Positions 44,958 through 59,070 of a stretch of DNA of 64,000 nucleotides are shown one piece after another. Position 1 is the first letter of the stretch; the number at the start of each line of letters is the position of its first letter. The notes beneath the pieces are model-generated. The model saw nothing but the letters and a program-made list of their open reading frames with translations. It did not search any database and was not told where the DNA came from. This DNA comes from Scyliorhinus canicula (taxonomy: Eukaryota). A program made the position numbers and the translations under genes. The stretch covers positions 62,001 to 126,000 of the forward strand of contig NW_024055477.1 of the NCBI RefSeq assembly GCF_902713615.1, in the 5' to 3' direction.

Positions 44958-45689
44958 TCTGCAAAGTGCTTGACTGGGGAGGTGATGGTGTAGTGGTATT
45001 GTCACTGGATGATTAATGCTGAGATCCAGCACAATTCTCTGAGAATTCAGGTTCAAACCCTACCACGGCAGATGCTTCATTGTGGCTTGTATTTGAACTG
45101 GAATCCAGTAAATCAGGGAAGCACAGTGGTTACCACAGTTGCTTCACAACTCCACTGTCCCAGGTTCGATTCCCGGCTTGGCACACTGTCTGTGCGGAGT
45201 CTGCACGTTCTCCTTGTTTCTGTGTGGGTTTAGTCCGGATCTCCAGTTTTCTCCCACAGTCCAAAGATGTGCAGGTTCGGTGGAGTGGCCATGCTAAATT
45301 GCCCGTAATGTCCAAAAGGGTTTAGTGGGGGTTACAGGGAGAGGGTGGAGGCGTGGGCTTGAGAAGGGTGCTCTTTCCAAGTGCCAGTGCAGACTCTATG
45401 TGCCAAATGGCCTCTTTCAGCACTGTAAATTCTATGATTGTGGAAGTTGGATGTTAAACAGTTTAGTGAAAATTGGGTCAAAGGAGCAAAGGGTAAGTCT
45501 CACAGACAAGATGAGCGCTGAGGGAGCATGATGGGAGACAGCAGGAAAAGAGGAGAAAGATGTGAGTTCAGAATTTGGACAAGAAAGGTCTTTGAGGCAG
45601 TTTTACTGAGTGGTTTAGTGGAAGAGGAGCTGTAGAATCAGATGATCGGATTGTTTCAATGGGTGAGGTTTTCCAGTCCCACAGATCTC

Positions 45690-47003
45690 TCGGTCTGCTG
45701 TTTCGTTTCATTGGTTGTCTCATTGGGTTCACTGTAGGCCTCTTGGGGTCTGTGGAAGAACTCCCGGAGCCTCATTCATCTGATGATTTCCCTGGAGCGG
45801 AGAAACCGCAACATCTTCTTCGCAGCCTTCAACAAGTCATTGATGAAAATGAATATCTTGCCAAGGCCATCCCCACTAATTTCCTTCAAACAACCGCACA
45901 ACCTCAGTCCATTGATTGCAGCAACATACCCAGCGTTCAGGAGAACAGCGACCATGACACCACATAAACTTGCCATGGCAACCTCTGCAAGACGTGTCAG
46001 ATCAACATGGGTACAACCATTTCACGTGAGAACATCACCCAACCAAGTATGCGGTATCTACTTGTGCGACTCCATGTTATCTCCCTCATCCGCTGCAGCA
46101 AAGGATGTCCCGAGGCGTGGTACATTGCTGAGGCCATGCAGGCGCTGCGACAACGGATGAACGGGCATCGCGCAACAATCGCCAGGCAGGAATGTTCCCT
46201 TCCAGTCGGGGAACACTTCAGCAGTCAAGGGCATTCAGCCTCTGATCTTCGGGTAAGTGTTCTCCAAGGCGGCCTTCAGGACTCGCGACAACGCAGAATC
46301 GCCGAGTAGAAACTGATAGCCAAGTTCCGTACACATGAGTACGGCCTCACCCGGGACCCTGGATTCATGTCACATTACATGTGCTTGCAAAATCCTACCA
46401 ACTGTCCTGGCTTGACACAATTCACACCTCTTTAACCTGTGATTATCCGTCTCTCTAGTCGCACCATATGGACCTGTAAAGACTTAATTACCTGCAAAGA
46501 CTCGCATTCACAGTACCATTTTGCATCATTGAATTTTTCTACATATAGAACATACAGCGCAGAAGGAGGCCACTCGACCCATTGAGCCTGCACAGACCCA
46601 CTTAAGCCCTCACTTCCACCCGATCCCCGTAACCCAATAACCCCTCCAAACCTTTTTGGACACTAAGGGCAATTTAGCATGGCCAATCCACCTAACCTGT
46701 GGGAGGAAACCGGAGCACCCGGAGGAAACCCACGCAGACACAGGGAGAATGTGCAGGCTCTGCACAGACAGTGATCCCGTGAGGAATAGAACCTGGGAGA
46801 CCCAGGCACTGTGAAGCCACAGTGCTATCCACTTGTGCTACCATGCTGCCCATGTGTGTTTGTGGAACCCACATCTTCATTCACTGAGGAAGGAGCTGAA
46901 CTCCAAAAGCCAGTGACTCGAAACAAACCTGTTGGACTTTAACCTGGTGTTGCAAGACTTCTTACTGTGACCATCCCAGTCCAATGCCGGCATCTCCACA
47001 TCA
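45690..47003 (+). mobile_element. Penelope-like element 3' part (GIY-YIG + 3' UTR + pLTR), with a SINE inserted at 46545-46852
   Basis: RCSKGCPEAWYIAEAMQALRQRMNGHR...PVGEHFS...GHSASDLRVSVL; pLTR with decayed hammerhead at about 46880-46915. Confidence 0.85.
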
Positions 47004-47021
47004 TAAATCAGAAGCATTTAA

Positions 47022-47093
47022 TGCTTCTGCCAATTTCGGATCAGACACCTTTCGTGCGTTCGATGAATGTGATAACCTCTATGCTACAGAAAC
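47022..47093 (-). pseudogene. Degenerate tRNA-Val (AAC) pseudogene
   Basis: GTTTCTGTAGCATAGAGGTTATCACATTCATCGAACGCACGAAAGG...GGCAGAAGCA; upstream flank 47100-47860 is homologous to that of the Val gene at 8622. Confidence 0.65.
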
Positions 47094-47859
47094 AGCTGGA
47101 AGCACAGTGCCAATGGACCTGTGCAACATCCAACTGCACAGTCTTGCTGCAGCTTTCAATGGTTCAGCTGGGAGGCCAGGTCACTGATTACATGAAGACA
47201 GCTGTTCCTTTAAAACAGATGTCTCAACTTTTAAGACCATAAGATATAGAAATTATATTGAACTTTATTATTTGTTCAGCAAATATCTAACATAACGATG
47301 CTCTCTGTTCAATCATTAATGCATCATTCTTATCTTCCTATAAAAAATTCCACCAATTTTACTTGAGACCTTTTTCATTATTCAATATTAAACATCAGTA
47401 TATTTATGTGTTACCTGTGACTTCGTTTTGAATTGAATCGCTCGCGAGTCTTCACTCTGAATAACTCTGAAATATACACAATTGAATTGCAAACATGACT
47501 GACCAATAAAAGAAAGCATTTCACTGAGTAATTCAAATCCCATGAATCTTTGTTGAGATTGTTGCTTTTAAACAAAGTCAAATATAGTTAAATGGAGGTG
47601 AATTGAGAATTATGCATTTCTTCTATTTGACTTCGCTGTGTTTTGGTGTGAAGCATTCTGCAGCCTAAATCCCGTTCATGTATAAGAAAGGAGGGGTGAC
47701 AGCAAATTCGCACTGAGCCTGGATTTCCTCATCTCCCCGAGTGGCTTTTCCTGTTTCTCTGTCATTAAGGCCGAATCTTTCAAAAAACTGGTTCAGTTAA
47801 ATCTCTGCTATTTCCTCAAATTCAGTTACAGTATCGTTTTTGTCTGTCTCTATGACCAC

Positions 47860-48060
47860 ACATTACCATCCGATATGTTTCGGATGGTGATTAAAATATT
47901 AATCTGTGTCTACAAAGCCATTAACTTCTTTTGTGAACTGAGCAGACTGCCAAAATCCGCACTTTGTTTTTTCATGTATGGGACGATCTGTCTGGACTGT
48001 ACGCAGAACAATACTTTTCACTGTACCTCGGTACACGTGACAATAAATCAAATCCAATCA
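47860..48060 (+). mobile_element. Rex1 3' end fragment
   Basis: ttttcactgtacctcggtacacgtgacaataaatcaaatccaatc matches the tail of the 10047 copy. Confidence 0.75.
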
Positions 48061-50339
48061 GAGACAGTTTCTTACTCGTCTTCAGGTTGAACAATGAGCA
48101 GCCTTAAAATTCATTCATGGGAGGAGGGCGTCACTGTCTGGACCAGCATTTACTGCTCATTCCAATTGCCCTTGAACTGTGTGTCTTGTGAGGCTATTTC
48201 AGGGGGCACGTTTAAGTCAACCACAACGTTGCTGTGAATCTGGAGTCACCTCTAGGCCAGGCCACGTAAGAAGAGCAGATTTCCTGAAGTACATTAGTGA
48301 ACCAGATGGATTTTCATAACAATCGACAATGTTATCATCAGACTTAATTCGGGACTTGTATTCAATTTCAATATCTGTCCTCGGCAGATTCTATCCCAGA
48401 TCCCCAGAGCATTAACCGGGGTCTCTGGATTATTCGGCCAGTAACAATACAGGGCAGCACGGTGGTTAGAATTGCAGCCTCACAGCCCCAATGTCCTAGG
48501 TTCGGTCCCAGCTCTGGGTCACTGTCCGTGTGTAGTTCCCGTACCAGCCTCCCCAAACAGGCCCCGGAATGTGTCGACTAGGGGATTTTCACAGGAACTT
48601 CATTGAAGCCTACTTGCGACAATAAGCGATTTTCATTTCATTTTCACTGTCCACGTGCAGTTTGCACATTCTCCCCGTGTTTGCGTGGGTTTTGCCTCCA
48701 CAACCCAAAGATTTGTAGGGTAGGTGGATTGGCCATGCTGAATTGCCCCTTAATTGGAAAAAATAATTGGGTACTCTAAAAAATTTTTTTTTTAAGCAAT
48801 ACCATTCCACCACTACCTAGCCCACATATTCTTGACATGACATAATGTCTAATGTTGTCTTCTGTGATCTTGTCTTGCAATGATTGAACAGAACTGCTGG
48901 TGACTTTAACACATTCTGATAGCTCTGCAGTTTCTGGAAACATTTTGGCTGATAGTGTTATTTTTTAAAACAAAGATCTGGTCTTTACAATACAATTACC
49001 TGATACAGCAATTCACTAATGATAATCAGTGTTCACTACTGAATAATCATGAATTTAATTATTGTTTTTTGCTATGGAATCAATACATAGTTGGTACAGA
49101 AGGTGAAATGGCTGCAGGAGCCACAAGGAGGGATAAAAGGGCTTCCTTGACCTTGTTACTGATGACAGTGAATACACTATGAAAATAACAATTTTATAAC
49201 TAAATGGGATCACACATGGTACTTACAGTTTCCTACATTACAACAGTGAATATGTTTCAAAAGGACTCCATTGGCTTTAAAACTCTTTGAGGTCCAGTGG
49301 TACTGAGAGGTTTTATAGAAATGTACATTTGTATTAATTGTCGGCAAACGAGGATATATTACACTTGGTGTCCTCGCCAATTTATTGGTAAAGGTTGAGT
49401 CTTAATTTTGTGTAATAACCATGGCGTTGACACCATTTTGAATACTCTGTGAAACTCCAGACACATCATATCCACAATTATTTGTTGTAAAACACAGCGA
49501 GTTGTTGTGATTTGGAATACACTGTCTGTAAATGGTGGTCGGGCCTCATTGGACTGTCATTTGATATATTCCGAAAAAGAAAACAAAATAGTCAAACTCT
49601 GGGATTAAATGTGTCGCTGTACAAAAAGCTGGCACGGGGAAAATGGGCCAAATCGACTCCTCTGTGCTCTCGGAGCCTTGTGTACATGTAAAGCGAGTGG
49701 TAACGACCTGGGACCTCCTGCCTATGGGGGGAGGAGATGCAGAGATGACAGAAGGATTTCAATAGGAAATTGGACGGGCACTGAAATAAACCTGGACAAA
49801 TTTGGGGACAGAAGTGCAATGGACAGACTGGCTTGCTCCACAGAGAGCCGACATGGTCCCAAAGGGCTGAATGGCCCCATTCCCCACCCTCCAGATGCTG
49901 TGATCTCAGGAGAGAAATTCAGCTGCTCCAGTCTCTCAAACTAACAGGAGTCACTGATCTCTGGTGCTGTTCTAGCACAATGGTTAGCACTGTTGCTTCA
50001 CAGCACCAGGGTCCCAGATTCAATTCCCGGTTTAGGTCACTGTCTGTGCGGAGTCTGCAAGTTCTCCCCGTGTCTGCGTGGGTTTCCTCCGGGTGCTCCA
50101 GTTTCCTACCACAAGTCCCAAAAGATGTGCTTGTGAGGTGAATTGGAAATTCTGAATTCTCCCTCAATGCACCCAAACAGGCGTCAGAGTGTGGTGACTA
50201 GGGGATTTTCACAGTTACTTCATTGCACTGTTAATGTAAGCCCACTTGTGACAATAATAAAGATCATTATTATTGTAAATGTCCTCTGCACCCTCTCTAA
50301 GAACTTCACATCTTTCTTAAAGTGTGGGGCCCATGTCTA

Positions 50340-51800
50340 GGGTTCTATTCAAGAGGGATAGAATTGAAAAGCATGGAGGAAATGTTCAGCTTGTTTAGAA
50401 CGATGGTGAGACTACACTGAGAGCTCTGTCAACATTGGTGATCTCCATTTAGAAAAAGGAAATGGAGGCACTGGATAAGGTGCAACAAAGGTTCATAATA
50501 GACAGAACTGAGAGCATTTAACACTCATGATGTGGAGATGCCGACCATCAGGAGCATAGAGACACCGAGAGACTGGGCATGCAGGTCCACAGATACTTAA
50601 AAGTGGCAGCACAGGTGGAAATGGTGGTGAAGAAAGCAGACAGCATGCTTGGCTTCATAGGACGGGGTATCGAGTATAAAAGCTCAAAAATTGTTACAAT
50701 TACATAGAATGTTGGTTAGGCCACATTTGGAATACTGTGTCCCAATTCTGGTCACTGCACTACCAGAAGGACGTGGAGGCTTTGGACAGAGTACAGAAAA
50801 GGTTTACCAGGATGTTGCCTGGTATGGAGGGGATTAGCTATGAGGAGAGATTGAATAAACAGGATTGTTTTCCCTAGAGAGATGGAGGCGAAGGGGTGAC
50901 CTGATAAAAGTTTATAAAATTATTAGGGGTACAGAGTGAACAGTGCAGAAATGGCAATTACAAGGGGGCACAAATTCAAGGTGAGGGTGGAAAGGTTCAG
51001 TGGAGATGTGCGGGAAGAGTATTTCACACAGAGGGTGGTGGTGGCCTGGAATGCACTGCCAAGTGAGGTGGTTGAGGCAGATATGTTAGCGACCTTAAAG
51101 ACTTATCTGGATAGGCACATGAACAGACGGGGTATAGAAGGATACAGGCAGTTGGTCGAGATAGGACACGTGACCGGCGCAGGCTTGGAGGACCGAAGGG
51201 CCTGTTCCTGTGCTGTATTGTTCTTTGTTCTATACAGGGCCTTGGCGAGGCCGTACCCGGAATATTTGAGCAGTTTCCATCTCATTATCGGATGAAGGAT
51301 GTTCTTGCTCGAGAGGAAGTGCAGCGAAGGTTTACCAGACCGATTCCTGGGATGGTGGGACTGACGTATGAGAGATTGAATTAGTTAGGATTGTATTCGC
51401 TGGAGTTCAGAAGAATGAGGGATCTTATAGAAACCTACAATATTCCAACAGGATTTGATTGGAGAGATGCAGGAAAGATTTTTCCGATGGTGGGAGTGTA
51501 CAGAACCAAAGGTCGCAGTCTCAGGATACGGGGTGGACCATTTAGACAGAGATGAGGAAACATTTCTTCACCCAGAGAGTGGTGAGCCCGTGGAATTTGT
51601 TACCACAGGAAATAGTTGAGGCCAATACCTTGCATATTTTCAAGCAGTTAGATACAGCACTGAGGGCAAAGATGATCAAAGGATATGGAGGGGAAATCGG
51701 GATTAGGCTGTGGAGTTGGATGATAAACTATGATCATAATGAATGGCAGAGCATGTGCAAAGGGCCAAATTATCTCTTCCTGCTCCTATTTTCTATGTAA
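50340..51800 (+). mobile_element. Stack of degenerate CR1 3' fragments
   Basis: Three successive copies of the RPHLEYCVQFW...LERVQRRFTRMLPG...TRGH region with CR1 tails. Confidence 0.8.
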
Positions 51801-51804
51801 TCCC

Positions 51805-52870
51805 TTCCTACACTAAGAGCAGGTGAATGGCTTTTCCCCAGTGTGAACTCGCTGGTGTGTCTGCAGAGTAGATAACTGTGTGAATCCATTCCCACAGAGA
51901 GAGCAGGTGAATGGCTTCTCCCCAGTGTGAACTCGCTGATGTCTCTGCAGGATGGATGGATCAATAAATCCCTTCCCACACTGAGGGCAGGTGACCGGCC
52001 TCTCCCCAGTGTGAATTCGCTGGTGTGTCTGCAGACTGGGTAAATCACTGAATCCATTCCCACACAGAGAGCAGGTGAATGGCTTCTCCCTGGTGTGAAT
52101 TCGCTGGTGTGTCTGCAGACTGGATAAATCACTGAATCTCTCCCCACACTCAGAGCAGGTGAATGCCGTCTCCCCAGTGTGAATTTGCTGATGTTTCCGC
52201 AGGCTGGATAACCAAGTGAATCCCCTCCCACACTGGGAGCAGGTGAATGGCTTTTCCCCAGTGTGAAGTCGCTGGTGTGTCTGCAGACTGGATAACTGTG
52301 TGAATCCATTCCCACAGATGGAGCAGGTGAATGGCTTCTCCCCAATGTGAACTTGCTGATGTTTTCGCAAGGCGGATGAATCAATGAATCCCTTCCCACA
52401 CTTAGAGCAGGCGAATGGCCTCTCCCCAGTGTGAATTCGCTGATGTGTCTTCAGGTGAGACAACTGAGTGAATCCCTTCTCACACTGAGAGCAGATGAAT
52501 GGCCTCTCCCCATTGTAACTGCGTCGATGATACTCCAGCTTCGATGGGGTTCTGAATCCTTTCCCACAGTCAGCACATTTCCATGGTTTCTCCCTGTTTT
52601 GGGTCTCGCCGTGTCTCTCCAGATTGGACAGTCAGTGGAAGCCTTGTCTACACACAGAACATGTGCACTGTCTCTCCTCACTGTGAATGGTGTGATGTTT
52701 TTTCAGGCTGTGTAACTGGTTGAAGCTATTTCCACAGTCAGTTCACTGGAGCACTCTCACTCGGGTGTGTGTTGTGTGGGTCTCGGTGCTTTTCCGGTCA
52801 CACTGATGTTTGAAACCTTTAGAAGCTGACCGTTCGGACAAACATTTCTCCTTCTCACAATGGTATTCAG
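51805..52870 (-). pseudogene. Tandem C2H2 zinc-finger pseudogene B
   Basis: About 9 fingers with TGEKPF linkers; usual MEKPWKC Met mutated (AGG); upstream in-frame stops; 3' end cut by a CR1 tail at about 51800. Confidence 0.85.
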
Positions 52871-54492
52871 ATCAGAAGGAATTGAGTGTGTTTGTCACAT
52901 CAAGATGTGCAGTTTGAGATTTCTGTCCATAATTCCTCCTCTTCCAATTTCCTTTAAAAACAATTTGCAAAAGTCATCATTGTTAGTACACGATGAAAAT
53001 TCAGAACAGACAATTCTAGTTCCTATGGAGCATTATTTCCTCTCTTGTTCTCCAAAAGCTGTAAATCTCCATCCCACACACTCTCCATCCATTCTCACTC
53101 TGCTGTATCTAATATTCACCCTCCCAATTCTCCTGAAGGTGCTGGTTCATGTTGATCGACAGATCCAAGCTCAGCTCTCTGCTTCCTGACCAGAACACAG
53201 AGATTATAATAGGAGCAAGAGTAGTCCATTCAGCCCACTGAGTCTGCACAACCATTTAATGAGATCCTTGACCGATCTACCTCAGCACCATTCTCCTACA
53301 CGATCCCCATATCCCTCAATATCTTCAATATCTAGAAACCTGTCAATATTTGTCTTGAACATACCTGATGACCGAGGCTGCACAGTCCTCTGGGGTAGAG
53401 AACTCCAAAGCTTCACCACATCCTCAAGTGAAGAGATCCCTCCTCATCTCATCTTTCTCTCTATTTTCCTACCTGTTCCCCATAACCCTTAACTCCATTG
53501 TCAATAAAAATATCTGTCAAACTTGTACTTCAATATATTCAATGACCCCCAGATGCAACTGGTCCCTGTGGAAGAGAAATCTAAAGACTATCAACCCTCT
53601 GAGGGAAGAGATGACTGAAAATCTATAACGTAGCTACAGTCTTACATTACAAGGTGAGAAATAATGATAAATATAATTTATTACAGAACCGCAAATAATA
53701 TATCTAATCTGTACCATGTAACATATCTCTGTCCATTATTCATTTAATTGCCCTGAAATGTCAGCCATCTCTTGGGGAACCTACACATTTAATTGTAAAC
53801 ATTAGGAAAGAGACCATCCTTTTCGCCAGACAAATAAATATGTCAAGCTGAGGGAGAGACCTGGACCACAAGGGAGAATAATAAATCAGAGGTCTCTCCG
53901 ATGGCAAGGAAGGGAACACTGGCAGGTGAGCGGGGAGGATTCACAAACACCCGCTGGAGGCCCCAAACCCCCAATAAGACCCATTGGTTTTATTGTCAGT
54001 CTGCAGACAGGAGCTGGAGAACTGAACCCAGGCAGAGGAGAGGGAGGGAGAAAACTGGGAGTGGAGGAAAGAAATGGTGCAGAAGGGCAGCATGGTGGTG
54101 CAATAGTTAGCACTGCTGCCTCGTGGCACCGAAGTCCCAGGCTCGATCCCAGCTCTGGGTCACTGTCTGTGTGCAGTTTGCACCTTTTCCCCATGTTTGC
54201 GTGGGTTTCTCCCCACAACCTAAAGATGTGCAGGTTAGGTGGATTGGCCACGCTAAACTGCCCCTGAATTCGAAAAAATAAACTGCGTACTCCAAATTTA
54301 AAAAAAAAGAAACGGTGCAGATGGTGAGATGGGTTTGGATTTCAGCACAGGGAGGAGAGAGAGTGTGTGGGACGGGGATTTACAGCTTTGGGAGAACAAG
54401 AGAGGGAAAAATATTCCAGAGAAAATAGAATTGCCTGTTCAGAATTTCTATCCTGGACTGACAGTGATGGCTTTTGTAAACTCCTTTTACAG

Positions 54493-54805
54493 GGGGTTAG
54501 AAGGGAAGGATTTACAGATGGAAACTCAAATCAAACTTCACATCAAGATTTAACAGAGTCACTCCATTCATCAGGACCCGAATATCATTGGCCTGTGAAT
54601 GTGGAAGAAGAAATGTTTGTCTGGTCTGTCCGTAGGGAAAGATTTTCCAAGATCAGTGTGACTGTAAGAAAACCCGATACACACACACTCGACTCGAGTG
54701 AGAGTGTTCCAGTGAACTGACTGTGGAAAGAGCTTTAACCAGTTACAGTCTGAAAAAACACCACTCCATTCAGAGCGGGGAGAGACCGTACACATGCTCT
54801 CTGTG
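54493..54805 (+). pseudogene. 5' remnant of a C2H2 ZNF gene (head-to-head with B)
   Basis: Same intron module and ccttttacAG acceptor; degenerate first fingers; further scrap at 55375-55420. Confidence 0.7.
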
Positions 54806-55559
54806 GAGACAAGGTTGCCACGACAGCACAGTGGGTAGCATTGTTGATTCTCAGCGCCAGGGACTCGGGTTTGATTCCCGGTTTGGGTCTCTGTCTGTGC
54901 GGAGTCTGCACCTTCTCCCCATGTCTGTGTGGGTTTCCTCCGGGTGTTCCTGTTTCCTCCCACAAGTCCCAAAAATCGTGCTTGTTTGGTGATTTGGACA
55001 TTCTGAATTCTCCCTCCGAGTATCCGAACAGGCGCCGGAGTGCGGTGACTACGGGACTTTCTCAGTAACCATTGCAGTGTTAATGTAAGCCTATTTGTAA
55101 CACTAATAATGTTTACTATTTATTATTCAACTGATCGTCAAACGTGGAGAGGGACAAGGACACCAGCAGCATGCTGAAACCGTGTAAATAGGGGCTGGTT
55201 TAGCACAGGGCTAAATAACTGGCTTTTAAAGCAAGACCATGGCAGGCCAGCAGCGCGGGTTCAATTCCGGTACCAGCCTCCCCGAACAGGTGCCACTATG
55301 TGGTGACTAGGGGCTTTTCACAGTAACTTCATTTGAAGCCTACTTGTGACAATAAACGATTTTCATTTCATTTTTCATGTGGGGACTGTGAGAAGGGATT
55401 CAAGTCCCCCTGTGAGCTGGGGACTCGTCACACGGTGGAAATGGCTGATTCCATGATGGGGGCTGGTACAGAGACCCTTGATTCAACTGGTCACCTGGAA
55501 CGCAAGGGGATTGGGTGGACCAGTGAAGGTCAAGGGTTGTCACTCACCTAAAGAATCTA

Positions 55560-56060
55560 AATGCTGGTGTAGTGTTCTTGCAGGAGATTCATTGTGGGTT
55601 AGAGATCAGACCAGACTGCGGAAGGGTGAGCCAACTGTTTCATTCGGGCTTTGACATAGGGTTCGAGGTGCTGCAATTCTAATCAATAAACAGTCACTCT
55701 TTCAGTCTTCAGTCACTAGCATCATTGCGGACACTAATGGGAGATACGTGGTGGTCAGTGGGTCATTGGCAGGTGCATTAGTGGTGCTGGTGAATGGCTA
55801 AGTCCCTAACTGGGACAATATGGCATTTGTAAAAAATATTGTTGGGATCCATCCCAGACCTGGATACACATCAATCAATGCTTGGCGGAGACTTCACTTG
55901 CGTACTGGATCTGGAAATGGACTGGTCCAAGCCCATTCAACCGCTATAAATACACAATAACGGAGTGGAATCTGGACGTACCATCTGGCATGACCCAGGC
56001 ACCAGAAACGACAACAGCAAACCTGGAAAAAAGATAAATCAATCTGTTCCCATCAGTAGA
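55560..56060 (+). mobile_element. L1/Tx1-type ORF2 endonuclease fragment
   Basis: Degenerate RGAAILINK..IIADTNGRYVVVSG..LVN..PNWD..LGGDF motifs. Confidence 0.65.
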
Positions 56061-57084
56061 TTGTAAAAGAATTATGGGACATAGATTTAAGATTGTGAGT
56101 AAGATCTACAGAGAGGATATGAGGAAGAAATTTTACACAGTGAGTGATAATGATATGGAACTCAATGCTTACACACAAAGGTCGATAATCTCCAGGTCCT
56201 GATAACCCAAATGGTGCTGTCAGAATTTGATGTGAGGATTGGTTGTGAATTTCCTGCCTACGAATCCCTTTCTAAGTGCCTGTGAAAGAAGTTTGCAAAG
56301 GCATCACTGTCAGTCCAGAAATAAACTTCAGGAAAGATAAATATTTCTCCAGGTTTGAATTTGCTGTGTGTAAATCCTCCCCTACTAACCCCCTGTAAAA
56401 GGAGTTTCCAAAATTAATCACTGTCAGTCCAGGATAGAAATTCACAACACTCTCCCCTCCTGCTCCCTGGTCCAGGATGACCGCTCTGCCCCCATCAGCA
56501 GTCCCCTAATTTGAGGGTGATGTTCACTCAGGGTTGTAAATTTCTACCCGGGGTTTTCATGTGGCTGAACAGAGCCGCAGAGCTTTGTGGGGCAGGATGT
56601 CCAATGAGACAGTGAAATCCGGAGAGCAGGATTGGCTTCCTTTTCTTTCCATCTCTGCCACCGCTTTGCATCATCAATAAGACATTGGGACTCAAAGACT
56701 AATCCAGTTTGATGCACAAGTTGTTTCCAATCTGAACAATGGGGAACAAGCTCCTCCCACTCATTGAAACATCGCCCCGACAAAGAGTACAACAGCAACT
56801 TATTTATCTTCCCCAATGTGATCGGTGTAATTAGTCTCAAATTTAACCTGGAATGGTCATTAAAAGTTTCCCAGTCACTCTGATATCTGAAATCTTTGTC
56901 CAGACAGAACAGACAAACCATTTTACCTCCCAATGATATTCAGGTCCTGATGAATCGAGTAACTCAGTGAGAGGATGATGTGATGTTTGGTTTGAAGTTT
57001 CCGTTGGTAAATCCTCCTCTTTCGAAAGGAGTTTCCGAAAGAATTTCATTCTCAGTCCAGGACAGAAATTCAGGAGATTCTCTC

Positions 57085-57540
57085 TTCCGGCTTCCGGTTC
57101 CAGGATGGGCGCGCATGCGCTCTGCTGCACATTTCCGCTCAGCAAGATGACAGCCGCGCAGGCGCCCTGCTACCTATCGCCCCTCAACAGATGACAGTCG
57201 TTAACAGGGGCCGACCAGACAGAAAAACATCGATGCCGCCGCCCCATTCGGTACAAACACCGAACTGGATGAAAATTGCCGGAACCAATTTATCACCCTG
57301 AGGAACTGGGTGGAACAATGGCGGATAAAGCTAACCGGAATACCGGGCGTGGCTGAATACGCCCGATCTCCATCACAGGAGCCAGAACGCGCAGGCGTCA
57401 CAATGCCCCGCCCCCGGAAGTAGCCTCTCTGTGCGGAGCACGCGCGGTGCTGCTCCGGGCTGAGCGCAGCCGCAGTGAGAGTGAGTGCGGCTCCCAGAGG
57501 CTGAATGAGAGCCGCCGCGAGCGGGGACAATGGTGAGAAC
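57085..57540. promoter_or_regulatory. CpG-island promoter and first exon of ZNF E, with a minus-strand ZNF remnant on its left
   Basis: TTCCGG ETS-like repeats, GCGCGCATGCGC NRF1-like motif; ATG|GTGAGA donor at about 57531. Confidence 0.6.
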
Positions 57541-57833
57541 CCAAACTCCCCAAATAGACCCATTGGTTTCATTGTCAGTCTGCAGACAGGAGCTGGAGAA
57601 CTGAAACCAGGCAGAGGAGAGGGAGGGAGAAAACTGGGAGTGGAGGAAAGAAATGGTGTAGATGGTGAGATGGGTTTGCATTTCAGCCCAGGGAGGAGGG
57701 AGAGTGTGTGGGACGGGGATTTACAGCTTTGGTGGAACAAGAGAGGAAGAAATGTTCCAGAGAAACTAGAATTGCCTGTTCAGAATTTCTATCCTGGACT
57801 GACAGTGATGGCTTTTGTAAACTCCTTTTACAG

Positions 57834-59070
57834 GATATTAGAAGTGGAGGATTGGCCGACAGAAAACTCAAAACAAACAACACATCGAAATCTGACAGCC
57901 ACTCTTTTCATTAGGAGCTGAATATGATCAGTCTTTGAATTTGGAAGGAGAAATGTTTGTCTCTTCCGTTTAAGGAAAAAAATTGCAAAGATCAGTGTGA
58001 CTGGAAAAGCACCGAGACACACACACACCCGAATCAGAGTGTTTCATTGCACTGACTGTGGAAAGAGCTTCAACTAGTTACACAGCCTGAAAGAAAATCA
58101 CACCATTCAAAGCCGGGAGAAACTATACTTCTGTTGCGTGTGTCGACAAGGCACAGGCAGGAGAGACATAAAGACCCCTCAGCATGGAGAAACTGTGGAA
58201 ATGGGCGGACTGTGGGAAGGGATTCAGTTACCATCACAACTGGAGGTTCATCGGCACAGTCACACTGGGGAGAGACCGTTCATCTGCTCCATTTGTGGGA
58301 AGGGATTCACCCATTCAGACAACCTTCGCACACACCTGCAAGTTCACACTTAGGAGAGACCATTCACCTGCCTGGTGTGTGGGAAGGGATTCACTTGGTC
58401 ATACTGATAAGGGACCATTTACATGTCCTGACTGTGAAAAGAGTTTTAAATGTAAAAAGGATCAATGTATTCACACTGGAAAGAGACCATTTACTTGCTC
58501 TGTGTGTGGGGAAGGATTCATTCAGTCATTCCACCTGCAGGCACATCAACTTGTTCACTGATAACAAAAATTTTAACTGTCCTGACTGTGAGAAGAGCTT
58601 TAAAAACAACAAGGATTTAGTAACACACCAACATGATCACACTGGGGAGAGACCATTCACCTACTCTGATTGTGGGAAAGGATTCATTAATTCATCCAAC
58701 CTTCTGACACTCCAGCAACTTCATACAGGGGATAGACCGTTCACCTGCTCTGAAAGTGCGAAGGGATTCACACATTCAGACAACATTCTGACACATCAGC
58801 AGGTTCACAGTGAGGAGAGGCCATTCAGTTGCTCAGTGTGTGGGAAGGGATTCAGTCAGTCATCCAACCTATTGAATCATCAGCGAGTTCTCACTAGGGA
58901 GAGGCCGTTCACTTGCTCCATATGTGGGAAGGAATTTTCTTATTTATCTTATCTTCTGAAACACGATCGAGTTCACACTGGGAGCGGCCATTCAACTGCA
59001 ATGTCTGTGGAAAGGGGTTTACTTACTCAACCCACAAGCTAACACCAACAAGTTCACAAGCGACTACAAG
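57834..59070 (+). pseudogene. Tandem C2H2 zinc-finger pseudogene E
   Basis: About 10 degenerate fingers spread over three frames, with stops. Confidence 0.85.

Noticed and set aside
56544-56933. 129-aa minus-strand ORF
   Set aside because: Chimeric: a ZNF 5' remnant read into the antisense of what looks like a degenerate L1 fragment.
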